Positions 1-12,175 of a stretch of DNA of 40,874 nt are shown piece after piece. The translations under genes were made by a program, and so were the position numbers. This DNA comes from Saprolegnia diclina VS20 (lineage: Eukaryota): NCBI RefSeq assembly GCF_000281045.1, contig NW_008246073.1, positions 866,176-907,049 of the forward strand, read 5' to 3'. Position 1 is the first letter of the stretch; each line of letters opens with the position of its first letter. The notes below the pieces were generated by a model, which saw only the letters and a list, made by a program, of their open reading frames with translations, was not told the DNA's origin and did not search any database.

Positions 1-1305
1 AATATCGCTGCATCCTGACGACAGGACGATACAAAGGGAATAGATAAATAAGTATTTCCTTGGCGTGTGTAGACGTCGCTACGCGAGAAGCTTGACGAAT
101 TGGTGATTGAATTGCAGCGGATCAAACTTTGTCATTTCTGGCCTGCCGATTGGCCATTAATGGACCAATGATACGTGGTGTATTTGGCTAAGCCAATCCT
201 ATTGCTCAAACCACGGCAAAATTAGTGGGATCAAAATTTTGTCCAGCCTCGGGACGGCAACAGCCACCAAGGTCGAGCCTGGTATCAAGGAGATGTATGT
301 ATGTCCCTTGCTCGTATGCTCGCGCGAGCATCAAGTGCTTTGACTCGTCTTAGGAGGCCTCGGGCTGCGGGCGTTCCGCGTGACGCGTCGTCACGGCCCT
401 TGGCACAAGCGCTACGGCGGTTGGTTACGCGGCAGGATTTAAGGAAATCCAGCTCATCCTTCATCGCGGATAGGCGCCAGTGACGCCGTGACGCGTAGCG
501 CTCACTAGGCTTTAGGACTTGTGGTGGACGGATGAACGAAAGGTATGGGAAATGGCTTTGGTCGATTTTACAAAGTGAGGCTACGGTGTCGGACTTCTTC
601 TCGCTCACTCGTCAGATTTGGCTCGAACTTGGTCAGTCGACGCGCATCGTTTTCATCTTGATAATGCCTATGATAACGAGGTATCTACAAGCGTAAATGT
701 ACCAACAAGTCGCCAGCACCCGCCAAGACGGTCGATGAGAGTCGAGTTGCAACGTGTCCTCTGGTCGTACGTCTGTTTTGCAACCAAGCTGACGCGCCAC
801 CAGTGGATCAACAGCGTCGCCACGAAAGCACATCGTTTCATCCGTCCGTGGCAACGTCGTACATCGACTGTGGCTCGGTGGCGTGGTTGCAGAGCATACT
901 TACGACAAGAGGCACACGGCGACTCGATATATGCCGGAAGCGACGACTTGGACCATGCCGTCGCACGCTGCGCGTCGAGGGGCGATGCGCGCGATGGATA
1001 CAATGGGCAACTGAGCCTTGTTGCTCCCATCTTGTTGCGTTCTAAACGGCCTCCACCGAAGCTGGCCTTCCCATCACTCCGCACCAGTGCTTGCCTGCAA
1101 CCCGAGCGCGCCACGTCATTCATGCCGCCACTGGATTGGCTCATGTTATCCATGCCACAGCCAATCAGATGCGGCCGCCATCGCATCCATTTCGTTGGCC
1201 ACCTTCAACGTCCTTCTTTGCACGAGTACCGGTAAATGGTCGAAGGGCAAGTTGCTGACGCTCGTCATTGTAGAAGAAGAGAAACACCCTCTTCAAACGG
1301 TCGGC

Positions 1306-2782
1306 TTACTTTGACGTTGGGCAGTAGAAAGCCATGGAAGGCGCTTTTTGCCTTGGAAGGCGCGGTGTCGGAGGGTCGTCCAGGATGTCATCGCTGGCAG
1401 CGCAAGCAAGGTCCTGGATGCGCTTGAGGTCTACAAACGCTTGTGTCTGCGTGTCGACCTTGGGCGGTAGCGGGCATAGTTGCCAGTGCATGGACTTGAC
1501 CTTGCGCCACTCTGTCTCCATCGCCACGATGACGCCCGTGCTATGGTGCTCGACCGGCCGAAGCGACTGAATCACGGCTTGGGTCCGCGCTTGGAACGCC
1601 GCTTTTGCGTGCCGCTCGTGGGCTTCGATACGGTCGCGCTGTTGCTGGTCGCGACGCACCCGTGCCCGACGCTCGCGCACACTCAACGCTGTATCCTCGA
1701 GGCGTTCTTCTGCGCACAGTGTCTTGACAACGATCTCTGGCGCTACCTCGGTGGTCGCCGCCTCTTTGGCACGTTTCCGTATGGTCTTTGTGGATCCTTT
1801 GGCTTCGAGCATGGCGAGTGTCGCTTTCTTCTCTTTGACTAAACGCAGTGCAGCATGAGGCGAGACGTCGATAGCAACAAGAGGTACGCAAGGCCCGCTC
1901 AAGAAGCGCTAGCATCGCGTCGTTCTGGTAGTCGCGCGCCCAGTCCATGGCCGAGTTCTGGGACGTACCGCAGTCCTAGAGTCTCCAACTCACAGTATGG
2001 ACAAGTGGTGGCGTTTGGTACCTTTGTGACGGACGCGCCGTAGCGTAAGAGTAGCTTGAGCATCCCGACGTCTTGGTGCTTGGTAGCCCACCGAAGACAC
2101 GAAAACCCCGACTAGTGGGAGGTACGAAAACGTGGCTGCTCGAACAATGGACACCTTGTCGCACACGTCCAAGTCGGCGCCGCGCAAAACAAGGTATCGA
2201 AGAAGTGCCGAGCGCTGGCGTCGGCACGCGGCGCACACGGCCGTCTCTTGAATCTAGACTTGCACGATGACGACGTCAACTCGTGGTCGCACCACGTAGT
2301 ACCGTCGACGTCACGTTGATGTCGCCGTCGTAGTTTAAAAACATGTGCACGAAGAAGAGCCAGCCATGCTACCAGAACAGCGTCGCATCCTTCTCCTACG
2401 CGGTAGTATGAGGTTATCGTACCGCAGCCGCGTGGACGATGGGGGGGACGCCCTAATATGCTGCTTCGTGAGGTGACACAATCAAGCCGTGTTGACGAAC
2501 CGAGTCGTCGCGCTCGTTGACATCGTAGCCGCGCTGGAGCAAGCGCCTATCAGAACTAGAATGTCGATACATGCGTACTAGTATGATGCAATGACAAAAC
2601 CAGATCGTAAAGCGGTCACTGAGGCTCAGCGGTACGCGCTGGTGGCTCAGCTTGTGCATCGCATACGAGAGAAGGTTGGACTGCTCGAGAAGGCCGCGCT
2701 CGCGAATGTACTTGTTCTCGGCGATGCGTCGCTTCCACTTGGCGAGCTGGCGCGCCTCGTCGTCGTAGCTGCCGTCGGTCAT
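1306..2782 (-). CDS. Multi-exon ankyrin-repeat protein with C-terminal charged coiled-coil region
   Basis: Spliced reading gives ankyrin repeats (RLLQRGYDVNERD-GVPPIVHAA; FLNYDGDINVTST; LRYLVLRGADLDVCDK-SGFSCLRWATKHQDVGMLKLLLRYGASV; SAMDWARDYQNDAMLALL) separated by short GT-AG introns. Last exon is the 1306..1902 ORF. Start MTDGSYDD at 2782 is inferred. Confidence 0.7.
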
Positions 2783-2849
2783 GAGGATTGATTTGACACG
2801 CCAAAGATAGGTGTCGCAACCGGATAGATGGTGCATTATACGGACAAGG

Positions 2850-2895
2850 GCTGGGATTGGCTCGGTGATTTGGCTAGAATCACGCAAATTGGCTG
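2850..2895. promoter_or_regulatory. CCAAT-box cluster in the divergent ankyrin/DUS1 intergenic region
   Basis: GGATTGGCT, GATTTGGCT and AATTGGCTG lie between the two divergent start codons (2782 and 3102). Confidence 0.4.
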
Positions 2896-3101
2896 CTGTG
2901 TCGTTGGGACAGCGACGCCAAGTATCCTGCCACCCGGCCAAAGCCAAAAGACATGTTTTTCGTTGTCGTACTTGAAAGTACTATGTGCTCTAGGCGAGTT
3001 TGACCGTCCATGCATCTTCTGTGTGCTTATCTGCGTCGGCTGGTTGCGTGTATTTAGTGGCGAGGCAGGATTGGTCGCCATGGTCACATTTTTGGACCAC
3101 G

Positions 3102-4223
3102 ATGAGCGCGCCGTCGTCGACGTTCTGGCAGGACCTTGGACGTCCGATATACGTGGCATCGCCGATGGTCGACCAGTCCGAGTACGCGTTCCGGCAGCTC
3201 TGCCGCCAGTACGGAGCGCAGCTGTGCTACACGCCGATGCTACACGCCAAGGTCTTCCTCTCGGACACGACGTACCAAGCCCAGCGGCTCGACATCATGG
3301 CCGACGAAGGTCCTACGATCGTCCAGTTTGCTGGCGACAACCCCAAGATACTGCTAGCTGCCGCCAAAGTCGTCGAGGGCTGTGCAACCGCTGTCGACCT
3401 CAACTTGGGTTGCCCGCAACCCATTGCGCGCAAGGGCCATTACGGCTCGTACCTTCTGCGCGAGGCAAACACGATTGTCGACATTCTCCAGTGCTGGACT
3501 CAGAACTTGTCAATTCCCGCCACGTGCAAGATCCGTATCATCGATGAAGGCAGCGCGGACCCTACGAACCGTGGTCTCCAAGCCACGTTGCGGCTCGTGG
3601 ATCAGATCGAAGCTGCCGGTGCCGCTGCAATTACAGTACACGGACGCAACCGCGTCATGAGCGGCAAGAAAATGGGGCGTGCTGACTGGGCGGCGATCGC
3701 GGCTATCAAAGCGCGCGTCTCGATCCCGGTCGTCGCCAACGGCAACATTGAAACGTTCGATGACGTGGCAGCGTGTAGGGCCGCGACGGGTGCCGACGCG
3801 GTCATGTCGGCGGAGGCGCTTCTCGAGAACCCAGCGCTCTTTAGCGGCCGGGACGTGAGTCCGTTTCAGCTCGCACGCGAGTACTTGGGCCTGGCGACCG
3901 CGTCGCCCCTCGTGGGCGTCAATTTTCACCGGACCGAGAAGGCCCATGTGGTTCGCATGCTGCATGCACCCATGCGTCAGCTCGCCCGGGCGTCCGTCAT
4001 GGATGCCACCGCGCTCTTGGCCGCAACGCAGTCACTTCCCGAGCTCATGGACGCTGTCGCAACCATCGAGACGGCGGCCGAAACGTTGTCGATACCGCAC
4101 GTGCGAGGCGCGGACGCGTGGTACCGGCGGCACCGTGTCGATGCCGATAACAACGCGAGTCGGTCGGCACGCAAAGACATCCAGCGGCAATGGCTTGCCG
4201 GTGGCTTGCGACTCACCCGATGA
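3102..4223 (+). CDS. DUS1: tRNA-dihydrouridine synthase 1-like
   Basis: Intronless ORF with Dus motifs SPMVDQSE, LCYTPM, VQFAG, DLNLGCPQ (catalytic Cys), TCKIR, TVHGR, ANGNI and VMSAEALLENPALF. Confidence 0.93.
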   Translation: MSAPSSTFWQDLGRPIYVASPMVDQSEYAFRQLCRQYGAQLCYTPMLHAKVFLSDTTYQAQRLDIMADEGPTIVQFAGDNPKILLAAAKVVEGCATAVDLNLGCPQPIARKGHYGSYLLREANTIVDILQCWTQNLSIPATCKIRIIDEGSADPTNRGLQATLRLVDQIEAAGAAAITVHGRNRVMSGKKMGRADWAAIAAIKARVSIPVVANGNIETFDDVAACRAATGADAVMSAEALLENPALFSGRDVSPFQLAREYLGLATASPLVGVNFHRTEKAHVVRMLHAPMRQLARASVMDATALLAATQSLPELMDAVATIETAAETLSIPHVRGADAWYRRHRVDADNNASRSARKDIQRQWLAGGLRLTR

Positions 4224-5376
4224 CTAATGAAGAATTCCATGTACTTTGACGCGTCATGTGCGATCGAACCCTGGGTGGCAGCTGCGCTTGCCGTCACTTG
4301 ACGTTGGTCTTGCGTCGTGTCCTCTGCGCTGCGCGCGCGTGGCACTGGCGATCAAAGCGCGTCTCCAACAAGCGCATCCCACGCTTAAATGGAAAGTAGC
4401 GTCGTACTGTACGAGGCTGTTAATGGCGAAGCCGCCTGCATACTAGTATGATGCAAGATTCGAGCGCATACGCATGTGACCGTCGATGTATTACACCTTG
4501 GACCTTGAAGCTGCGACTCTGGCGACTGGGGATTCCGTAGCTGGATGGCACCGGCCCACTTGGATGCTCCCTGGCTCCACCTGGCACGCCACGGTGATTT
4601 CTCACGTGTGAAATATAGATTGCCACCGACCAGTCGTGTCTCTGTAAACCGGGCCACCAACAAACCAGCTCTGGCACGTCGCAGCCCAGGATCTTCTCAT
4701 TGCCTTCTCCTTCGTCGACGTCTCCGTCGTTTGCATGCGACGATCGAGGCGTCTTCGCATGTGTACTCAGGCAGACGACGTAGCATCATCGTTGGCATCA
4801 TTCGCCTCACAATCGACATTGGCCTCCATGCACAGATGACGGAAGGCATATCGCCAGTGGCATCCCACTCCATGGTGACCGTGGCCGTCACGTTGCGAGC
4901 GAGCCATTAGTCTACGAGAATCGAAAGGGCCGAACGAACGTGTCCGAACGTCGTCCTATAAACTCTTGGTGCGTCGTCATGCAGAAGCCTCTTGCCCGAG
5001 CCAGAGGCTGGACACGACGTGGTCCGAGTCTGCGTCAACAGCAATTTCTTGCGATCGATTTAGCGCAAAGATCACATCGCAGCACCAGTCTCCACAGCGT
5101 CTCCAGTGTCTCCACGACGCCTTCGTGTCGCACCGGAAACACACGTGAAAAAACATTTTGAAAACACACGTCATTTTTCACGCGGAAGCCCCGCTGCTGG
5201 CTAATGTCGTGGTCGAGTATTTTATATATGACGCGTTTGTATGCCTATGGAAAGAAATACATTAAAATAGCGCGCGGTCTCCTACGACGGTGTAGCGCGT
5301 GGCAGCTGGCGCTGAAGAATTGCATGGAGTAGGACGTCGAGGTCCATTTTCGCTTCGTCCTCGCAATACGAGGCCC

Positions 5377-6987
5377 ATGGAAGCCAACCTCATGGACGAC
5401 CTCGAGAGCCAAGCGCGGACGTCATTGAGCCTCTTCAGCTTTGGCGACGTGGGCGAGTACACGCTGCTGTCGCAGTCGACGACGAGCGCGAGCAAGCTGC
5501 GCCTCGAAGAGCGCGTCGTCAAGCGCGGCGGCGAGACGACCTTGTACCTCGTGCGGTCGACGGTCTTTGTGGCCGCCGAGCTCCATGAGCTTCTTCCGAT
5601 CCTCATCAACTCGGAGAAGACCGCCATGAACGACGCCGTCCAATTCTTCTTTGGCGGCAAGCACCGCCATTGCACCCAAGTGTATCGGCAGAAGCGGGAC
5701 ACAGGCGTCGCGAGCCTCAAGCGCGTGATTGCCGACCAGGGCACGATCCTCAAGAGTCGCTGGCAGTGCTCGTTCCTCGACTTTGAAGGCACGCTCGTGC
5801 CCGATTGGCGCGACGACTATGCATCGCAGCCCAAGCCCGACATGTTTGTGCGCGTCATGCAGTCGTCGTCGCTCCTAGACGACCCGCCAACGCACCCGCT
5901 GCCCGCCAACACGAAGCTCAAGTCGATCTCACCGCGAGGCGTCATGGTGCGCAAGGTGCCCAACCCGTCCTTGAACCCGTCCGACGCGCCATTGGGTGTC
6001 GAGGTGCAGTTTGTCGTCTCGTTTCTCGAGACGGCGCTCATCAACTTGCCGCGTCGGAGCCGATATCAAAAGCTCGTCGCGCAAATGGCCAAGCTCGAAG
6101 ACGTGGTCGTGAGCCGCCGCCTCAGTCGAACGTTCCGCGACCGGAAGCTCAACCCGCTCCACCCGCAAATTCAAAACTGGGTTGCCAACGACAACCGGAC
6201 CACGTGCCACATTTGCAACGCAAAGTTTCATTTTTCCAAGCGGCGCCACCACTGCCGGCTCTGCGGTGAGATCGCGTGCGATGCGTGCTCGCCGAAAATG
6301 GAGGTCTGGCTCCCGTACAAGTCGGCGCCGACCGCCGTCCGCATCTGCACCGACTGCGTTCACGCGCAGCAAGCCGACGACGACGAGGACGTGGCCACGG
6401 CCACGCTTGCCAAGTCGAAAAACGTCAACGTCTCGGTCTTTGATACGATCTACGACGCCATGTACTGCAACAACCAGAGCTTCAAGGACCGCCCGATCGA
6501 GCGCGACCTCCGAGGCACCGCGTCGTCGTCGCCATCGTCCTCGAGCGAGCTCGGCGACGACGTTGCAGAGAGCGTGTCGCTTCTGGACCTGAACCTGCAC
6601 CTCGCGCCGCCGCTTGACGAGAAGGGAGATGCGTGCAAGTGCTGCCGCGACCTCCTCGGTGCTGTCCGGTACGGCTGCTCCATGTGCACGGGTGTTGTCT
6701 GCGGGTCGTGCAACCTCCAAGTGCACGGCAACGACGGCGTCGAGAACCTCTGTCGCATTTGCGTCGGGAAGGACTCGGTCACGCAGCTCCTCACGCGCTC
6801 GGACAAGGGCCTTCGCCACTCGATCAACGTCGGCGGCTTGGACGGCCGCCGGCGCAGTAGCAGCAGCAACGCCGTGCTCTCGCAGTCGGCGCGTCCGCAC
6901 CGGTCGCGTCTCTCGTCCGTCTTTTCGCACTCGGACCCGTCTCGGCACCTCACGTCGTCGCCGCCCACGTCGTGGGTCACGTCGTAG
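5377..6987 (+). CDS. FYVE zinc-finger protein with START-like N-terminal region and a second degenerate FYVE-like finger
   Basis: WVANDNRTTCHICNAKFHFSKRRHHCRLCGEIACDAC...VRICTDC is a canonical FYVE with R(R/K)HHCR. A second Cys cluster reads CKCC..CSMC..CGSC..CRIC. Inr-like CCATTTT at ~5344. The START-like call is by analogy to the oomycete family. Confidence 0.85.
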   Translation: MEANLMDDLESQARTSLSLFSFGDVGEYTLLSQSTTSASKLRLEERVVKRGGETTLYLVRSTVFVAAELHELLPILINSEKTAMNDAVQFFFGGKHRHCTQVYRQKRDTGVASLKRVIADQGTILKSRWQCSFLDFEGTLVPDWRDDYASQPKPDMFVRVMQSSSLLDDPPTHPLPANTKLKSISPRGVMVRKVPNPSLNPSDAPLGVEVQFVVSFLETALINLPRRSRYQKLVAQMAKLEDVVVSRRLSRTFRDRKLNPLHPQIQNWVANDNRTTCHICNAKFHFSKRRHHCRLCGEIACDACSPKMEVWLPYKSAPTAVRICTDCVHAQQADDDEDVATATLAKSKNVNVSVFDTIYDAMYCNNQSFKDRPIERDLRGTASSSPSSSSELGDDVAESVSLLDLNLHLAPPLDEKGDACKCCRDLLGAVRYGCSMCTGVVCGSCNLQVHGNDGVENLCRICVGKDSVTQLLTRSDKGLRHSINVGGLDGRRRSSSSNAVLSQSARPHRSRLSSVFSHSDPSRHLTSSPPTSWVTS

Positions 6988-7258
6988 CTTTGTTTTCTTT
7001 TGCGTTTTATTTAATTTCAAACTCTGTACGTTGCAAGCCGCTGTTTTATCCACTGGAAACTGCACCACAAGGGAAGTACCTGTCGAAGCCCGAACAGTCT
7101 ACCGAGCAGCCCATGAACCCAGCTCCTGTACGAGAGGCCACACCAACTAGATGCTCTTCAACTAGAGCCAACAGCAGTAGCAGCCCTGAGGAGTGATGTA
7201 GTAGCTGCCGATTCAAGTGCGATTTACAGGTCTAGAAATCGTTCTCATGACGAAATCC

Positions 7259-8900
7259 TCAAGTCCACGGATAAAACGACGGGAAGAGGACTGCGCCGAG
7301 AACGCTAAAGCCAAGCGCATACAGCAGAAGCCCCTTGCTCGCCGTCGGGTGCGTCATCGAGAGGTGGCCCGCAGCCCAAAAGATCGGCGGGTTGGCACAG
7401 AGGAACCGCGTCAGCACCTAATAGTTGCATATGAGAGACGTGGCATCCATCCAAGCGCGCGTACTTGGATGTGGAGCACGACAAGGGCATTTGCAAGCAG
7501 GAAGGCGAGATGCGCCATGTAGGGCTGCAGCGGCGACGGCAGCACCACGGCGGCAGAACGCGTCCGTGGACGCCAGTACGACAGCAGCGCGTACGACGAG
7601 AGGAGCAACATCGGCGTCGCCAGCGCAAAGTTGGGGATCTAGATCGTTCAACTTGAAGTGAGTTTCACATGTGAACGAGCGATCTTTCGACCTGCTTCAG
7701 TTGGTAGTAGGCAAACGGGCCAACGCCCCAGTACTCTTTCTGAATAAACATGTACATGGCCGAGACGTTGGGCACGACGTTGGCGCACCACGGCCGATCG
7801 ATGGCGAGCTTGGACGTGAGGCCGACAAGAGATCTAGAGCAACACCGATACGGATGACGTCTTGCATTAGACGTACGCAAAAGATGCCGTGTACGGCGAC
7901 AAGGACGGGCAGTAGGCGGCAATACCAAACGCAAAGTAGACCAGTTGGGGCCCAATGGCCACGACGCCGAGCAGCGCAGTGACGACCCAGTAGCGCAGAA
8001 ACGAAATGAGCGCTTGGGTTGGCGAGGGCGACGCGAGAAGGCGGTAGTAGGCAATGTACACTACGCCACAGCAGGATGCTATACCCGTAGAGGAACCGAG
8101 ACGTACGAGACAAAAGAATGCCGTTGGAGCGCGTGGCGGACGACAGGCCAAACAGGATCGCGCTCAGCACGAGGTACAGCGTCGAGGACCGATGCGGCGC
8201 CGACGTGCGGTAGAGCTCGAGGTAGTACATGCCACCAAAGCTCAGGACGCACATCAAGCTAGGACCGTGTGAGGCGCGGTCGACGAGATGGCAAGGCTAC
8301 CTCTCACTGTAGCACGACGACATAAAGATGCCAGAGGGGCAAAAGCAAAAGAAGATGGCCGAGCGGCGCGCCAACGTCTCGTTCTGGAGAAGCTACCAGT
8401 GAGAGCATGAGCACGACAGTACCGGCGATGAAGCGCAGGATACCAGTTGCCCGAGACGGTAGAGGTAGCGCGCGGCAAGGACAAAGCTCACGTTGCTGTC
8501 ATCAAGGTGCGTTAGCATGATCGCGGGACGACGATGGTGGTTGCACGTACCTGATGCACCAGCCTGCCACCAAGATGGCCGTTTGCGGAGCGCAGAACGG
8601 GGCAAGAAGCACGCTGCGCCATGGCGAAGTGAGCTAAAGATGAGCTAGGCGATTGTACCTGGCGTAGCGTGCCAGGAGGCCAAAGAGCGGAAAGAACGCA
8701 TGGGTGTTCTCGTAGCCGTAGCCATCGGCTGCCATGTCGACGTAGTAGACGCCGTCCCATGTGGCAAAGGCGCGGAAGATGGACGAAGACGTTGCAGATG
8801 TATCGTAGGGCGTGATGAGGTACGCGCTGATCATCGCCATGGTCGAGACCCATGCCCGCGAGAGGACCGCGATGGCAACGATGTTGGCCTCCTTGCCCAT
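7259..8900 (-). CDS. PIGV: GPI mannosyltransferase 2 (PIG-V/Gpi18), multi-exon
   Basis: N-terminal WDGVYY...GYGYENTHAFFPL, internal RSNG, YMFIQKEYWGVGPFAYYQLKQ, and spliced C-terminus VLTRFLCANPPIFW...FPSFYPWT-stop. All are PIG-V hallmarks. Confidence 0.9.
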
Positions 8901-9213
8901 GGTGCAAGCTTCCTGCAAAACTGTGCCAACACTTTTTACGTGCAAATACAGCTTTCTTAAATAGTATGAATCTGCCTGCATCGGTCTTTGATACGCGACA
9001 GCTTTGCCCAGCGACCATGCTAGCAGCAATGAGTGGCGTTGCATTGGGCATCCCTTGGTGCTTTCCAAGGACTTGTGCAAAGGGATTGTGCTGTCAACTT
9101 GCGGCCGATGCTGGTTGCGAGCCGGGGTAGAATCGTACACTATATACATACGAAGTGTGTGAATGTTTGTGATGGGCAGTATTTGGTGTGCTCGAAAGAT
9201 ACAACGGGCGAAG

Positions 9214-9905
9214 ATGGCAGCACGCACGCGGCCGTCCATGACAGCGGACCGCCTGGAGGTCATTCTGCACGATGCATGTGATGCCATGGGGAGAGGCGAA
9301 GCCCCTCGGTCCGAGACGTGGCTCGCGTACATCCTCGAGGCCATGGCCACGCCTGCCGACGAGGTACGAAGCGACCTGCAGCTCGATGGCACGCCTCTAT
9401 CTGGGCTAGCACGAAGCCCTCGCTGGGCGCTTTGGCGTGCCCGCTGATGTAGCCAAGACGGCGCATGATATTCTGGAGGCGCGCAAGCCCGACGTGCATC
9501 GGTACCTCGTGCGCCAAGCGATTGCATTGACGCCGACGCACCTTGTCAGCTTCGACTACACGGTTCGGGTAGGCTACGTCTCGTTTTGGGATGCGTCGGT
9601 TGTGACGCCTTGTAGCTTGTCATGACGAGCAGCACGCTCCACGGAGTGCTCTACCCCGTTCTCGTGCTCCTGCTCTTGCTCCAAGATGCCAACGGTGCCC
9701 AGCGCGAGGTAGTCCATTCCTTCCGAGCGCTTTCGTGGTCATCTCATGGGCAGTCAGGTGCGCTTTGAGATGACGAAAGATCAAGTAGATGATCTACTTG
9801 CAGAATTCGACACGATTGAGAAGGTACATTCTGACCAACAAAGCCGTGACGAGTGTGCATCAACTGTAGACCCTCTCGGGCGTCATGCCGCAAGACGTTG
9901 TCTAG
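9214..9905 (+). CDS. COMM-domain-containing protein (COMMD family), about 5 exons
   Basis: Spliced C-terminus LVSFDYTVR|LVMTSSTLHGVLYPVLVLLLLLQDANGAQRE|VRFEMTKDQVDDLLAEFDTIEK matches the COMM domain pattern. Confidence 0.8.
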
Positions 9906-9951
9906 CAGTAGCCAGCCCAACATACTTGCAATACATCAAGTTTGTATCAAG

Positions 9952-10447
9952 TTAGCCAAACGCAAAGTGGAGGCAAGCGCGGAGGCCGGCTTGTGCCTTG
10001 GGAAAGTAGCTGAGGCAGTACCACGTGAGCGCACAGCACTGCACAAAGACGGAGAAGAACACAAAGATCGAGCGAAACCAGAGACCTGGGCAGAGCGCAA
10101 AGACGAGCGTGAGCCCAATCGTCGAGAGGTACGCAGTGAAGCAGGGCAGTCGGTTTTTCTCTTGGAGGTTGGCCCACTGCTGGCGCGGCCCCGCAAGGAA
10201 GAGCGTCGAGAGCATAATGATAAGCGACCCAAACGAGTAGAGCACGCCAAACGCCGCCATCGACAGTGGCAGCCTACAGAACATGAGCTCATGGACGTGC
10301 AGTTTGGTCGACGTACACGAAGAATGAGACGAGGAAGAGCACGAGGCCAAGACCGAGCGTCATTAGGAACCGATGCGTGTTGCGCGCATCCTGCGCTGGC
10401 GCCTCGTCGTTGCGCAAGAAAGACTCCTTGAGCGTCGTGGGTAGCAT
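9952..10447 (-). CDS. SFT2/Got1-family vesicle transport membrane protein
   Basis: FGVLYSFGSLIIMLSTLFLAGPRQQW...RL...YL...LTL...VQCCALTWYCLSYFP is the SFT2 four-TM signature. Inferred start MLPTTLKESF; one probable intron. Confidence 0.85.
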
Positions 10448-10922
10448 TGTTCGCCGACAGCAATCTTATTGTGTGCTTATGGGACCTTCGATGGAAGATC
10501 CATGCTCTGGCGAAACGGCGCGTTGCGTCTTTCTAGTCCACACAGTCCCCAATGCAGGTTTGCACGCCATTCGAGACGCACGCGACAACAACACCGCACG
10601 TTGCCTTCACTGAAACACTCTGCGGACAAGCCGTCGACTCACTAGCAATGCCATGCAGGTACTCGACGAGTTGCCCTCTCTGCTCTATAGCCTGGTAAGC
10701 TGGCGAGACAGCGATACACCTCTATAACTGGATACATTAGCTGTGCCAATAGAAACGCAGAGCGCCCCATCATAATATCCAGTGTGAGAGGTCCGTCCCG
10801 GCATCGGATTGGTCCGTGCATTGGCTGGACCAGCGCGTAATATTTGGTTGGAAGCGGAAGTCGGGTTTTGTATACGATTTTGGTCGGCAGCTTAGTGTTG
10901 CTTTTCAGTTCCATCTACCAAC

Positions 10923-11199
10923 ATGGTATGTCCTCGATGCGAAGCTTAGCCAAGCCTAAGGCCCGGGGTACGAGGGCGTCCGCCTCCGCGGCCTGCTTCC
11001 CGGGCCTTTGACACTGCATTAGAGTCCCTCGCAGGCGACGACTGACCGCTGTGATGTAGCCTACCGCCGCCCACAAGAACCGTAAGAAGCGTGGTCACGT
11101 GTCCGCTGGTCACGGCCGTATCGGCAAGCACCGCAAGCACCCGGGTGGTCGCGGTAACGCCGGTGGTCAGCACCACCATCGCATCCTCTTCGATAAGTT

Positions 11200-11232
<33 letters not shown>

Positions 11233-11503
11233 CCGCTTCCACCTCCTCAAGAACCGCCTCCACTGCCCCACGGTGAACGTTGAGAAGATCTGGTCGCTCG
11301 TCTCGGCCGAGACGAAGGAGGCCGCCGAGAAGTCCAAGGACGGCAAGGCCCCCATCATTGACGTCACCAAGTCGGGCTACTTCAAGGTCCTCGGCAAGGG
11401 TCGCCTCCCCGCCATCCCGGTCATCGTCAAGGCCAAGTTCTTCTCGCAGGAAGCCGAGAACAAGATCAAGGCTGTCGGCGGTGCCTGCTTGTTGACCGCT
11501 TAA
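10923..11503 (+). CDS. RPL27A: 60S ribosomal protein L27a (uL15)
   Basis: ATG-only first exon (10923-10925), intron 10926-11059, then [36 protein letters not shown]...GGACLLTA. Strong C/G-ending codon bias. Confidence 0.97.
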
Positions 11504-11593
11504 ATGCGCAACATGAGTAGTGCCCATCCTCGCCTCTTGGTAGAAGTGGACAACACGTAAATGGTTAACCAAACTGGAAATCACACCACGGAG

Positions 11594-12175
11594 TTAATCG
11601 AATGATCCTCGGCGCGCATGCAGCCACTCGAGTAGTGACGAGATCGGGTGCTTCTGGCTTGGGTCGAGGAGGGCAACGAGCTTGTGTTGCAAGCTCGCTA
11701 CGTCCGCGGTCTCGACGCCGCTGAAATTGTCGAGGCCAATCGCAAGCTCCGACTGCCGCCTGGAGCAAACCACATGCACCACGCAGCCTTTGTGCATGGT
11801 CTTGAACACCAAGCTTTCGTCGATTAGTCCTTGGCGGTGGTCGACCGGTATCGTGGTCAACGGGCTCACGTCGCGAAGCGCGTGTGGCTGGCACGTATAC
11901 CGAGCCTCATAGCAGAACGCCGAGACGCCAGCGTCGCTCTCTTTGCGCGGTTGCGCTTCCATTCGCTTGGCTTCGTAGAACCACCGGGCGAGGAGCGTCG
12001 TGTCGGTGCGCGCTGCTTGGGCATCCACGTAGCCTGCATGGCATACACTGCATTACGACCTCGCATGACGACGATCGACGCATCTACCTGGCTGTCCATG
12101 GACCCATGCGAGCGTGGCGGCGGCGTCCCAGCGGGTATGATGCGGCGTGGCGACGAAGCGGTCGCCGTCAACCAT
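11594..12175 (-). CDS. Hypothetical protein (~175 aa), 2 exons
   Basis: MVDGDRFVATPHH...GQP joins in frame through a 54-nt GT-AG intron (12087-12034) to the 11594..12028 ORF. No family recognised. Confidence 0.55.

Noticed and set aside
240..1300. Several overlapping ORFs (618..1235 +, 668..1186 -, 285..608 -)
   Set aside because: No recognisable motif and no consistent spliced frame could be built. Possibly a decayed gene, but not supportable.
2836..3159. Minus-strand ORF that would put an ATG 20 bp from the DUS1 start
   Set aside because: It overlaps the CCAAT-rich promoter and has no protein-like features; the ATG at 2782 is more plausible.
4380..4910. Short ORFs including an Arg-rich 64-aa minus ORF
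   Set aside because: Low complexity, no motif, and inconsistent frames.
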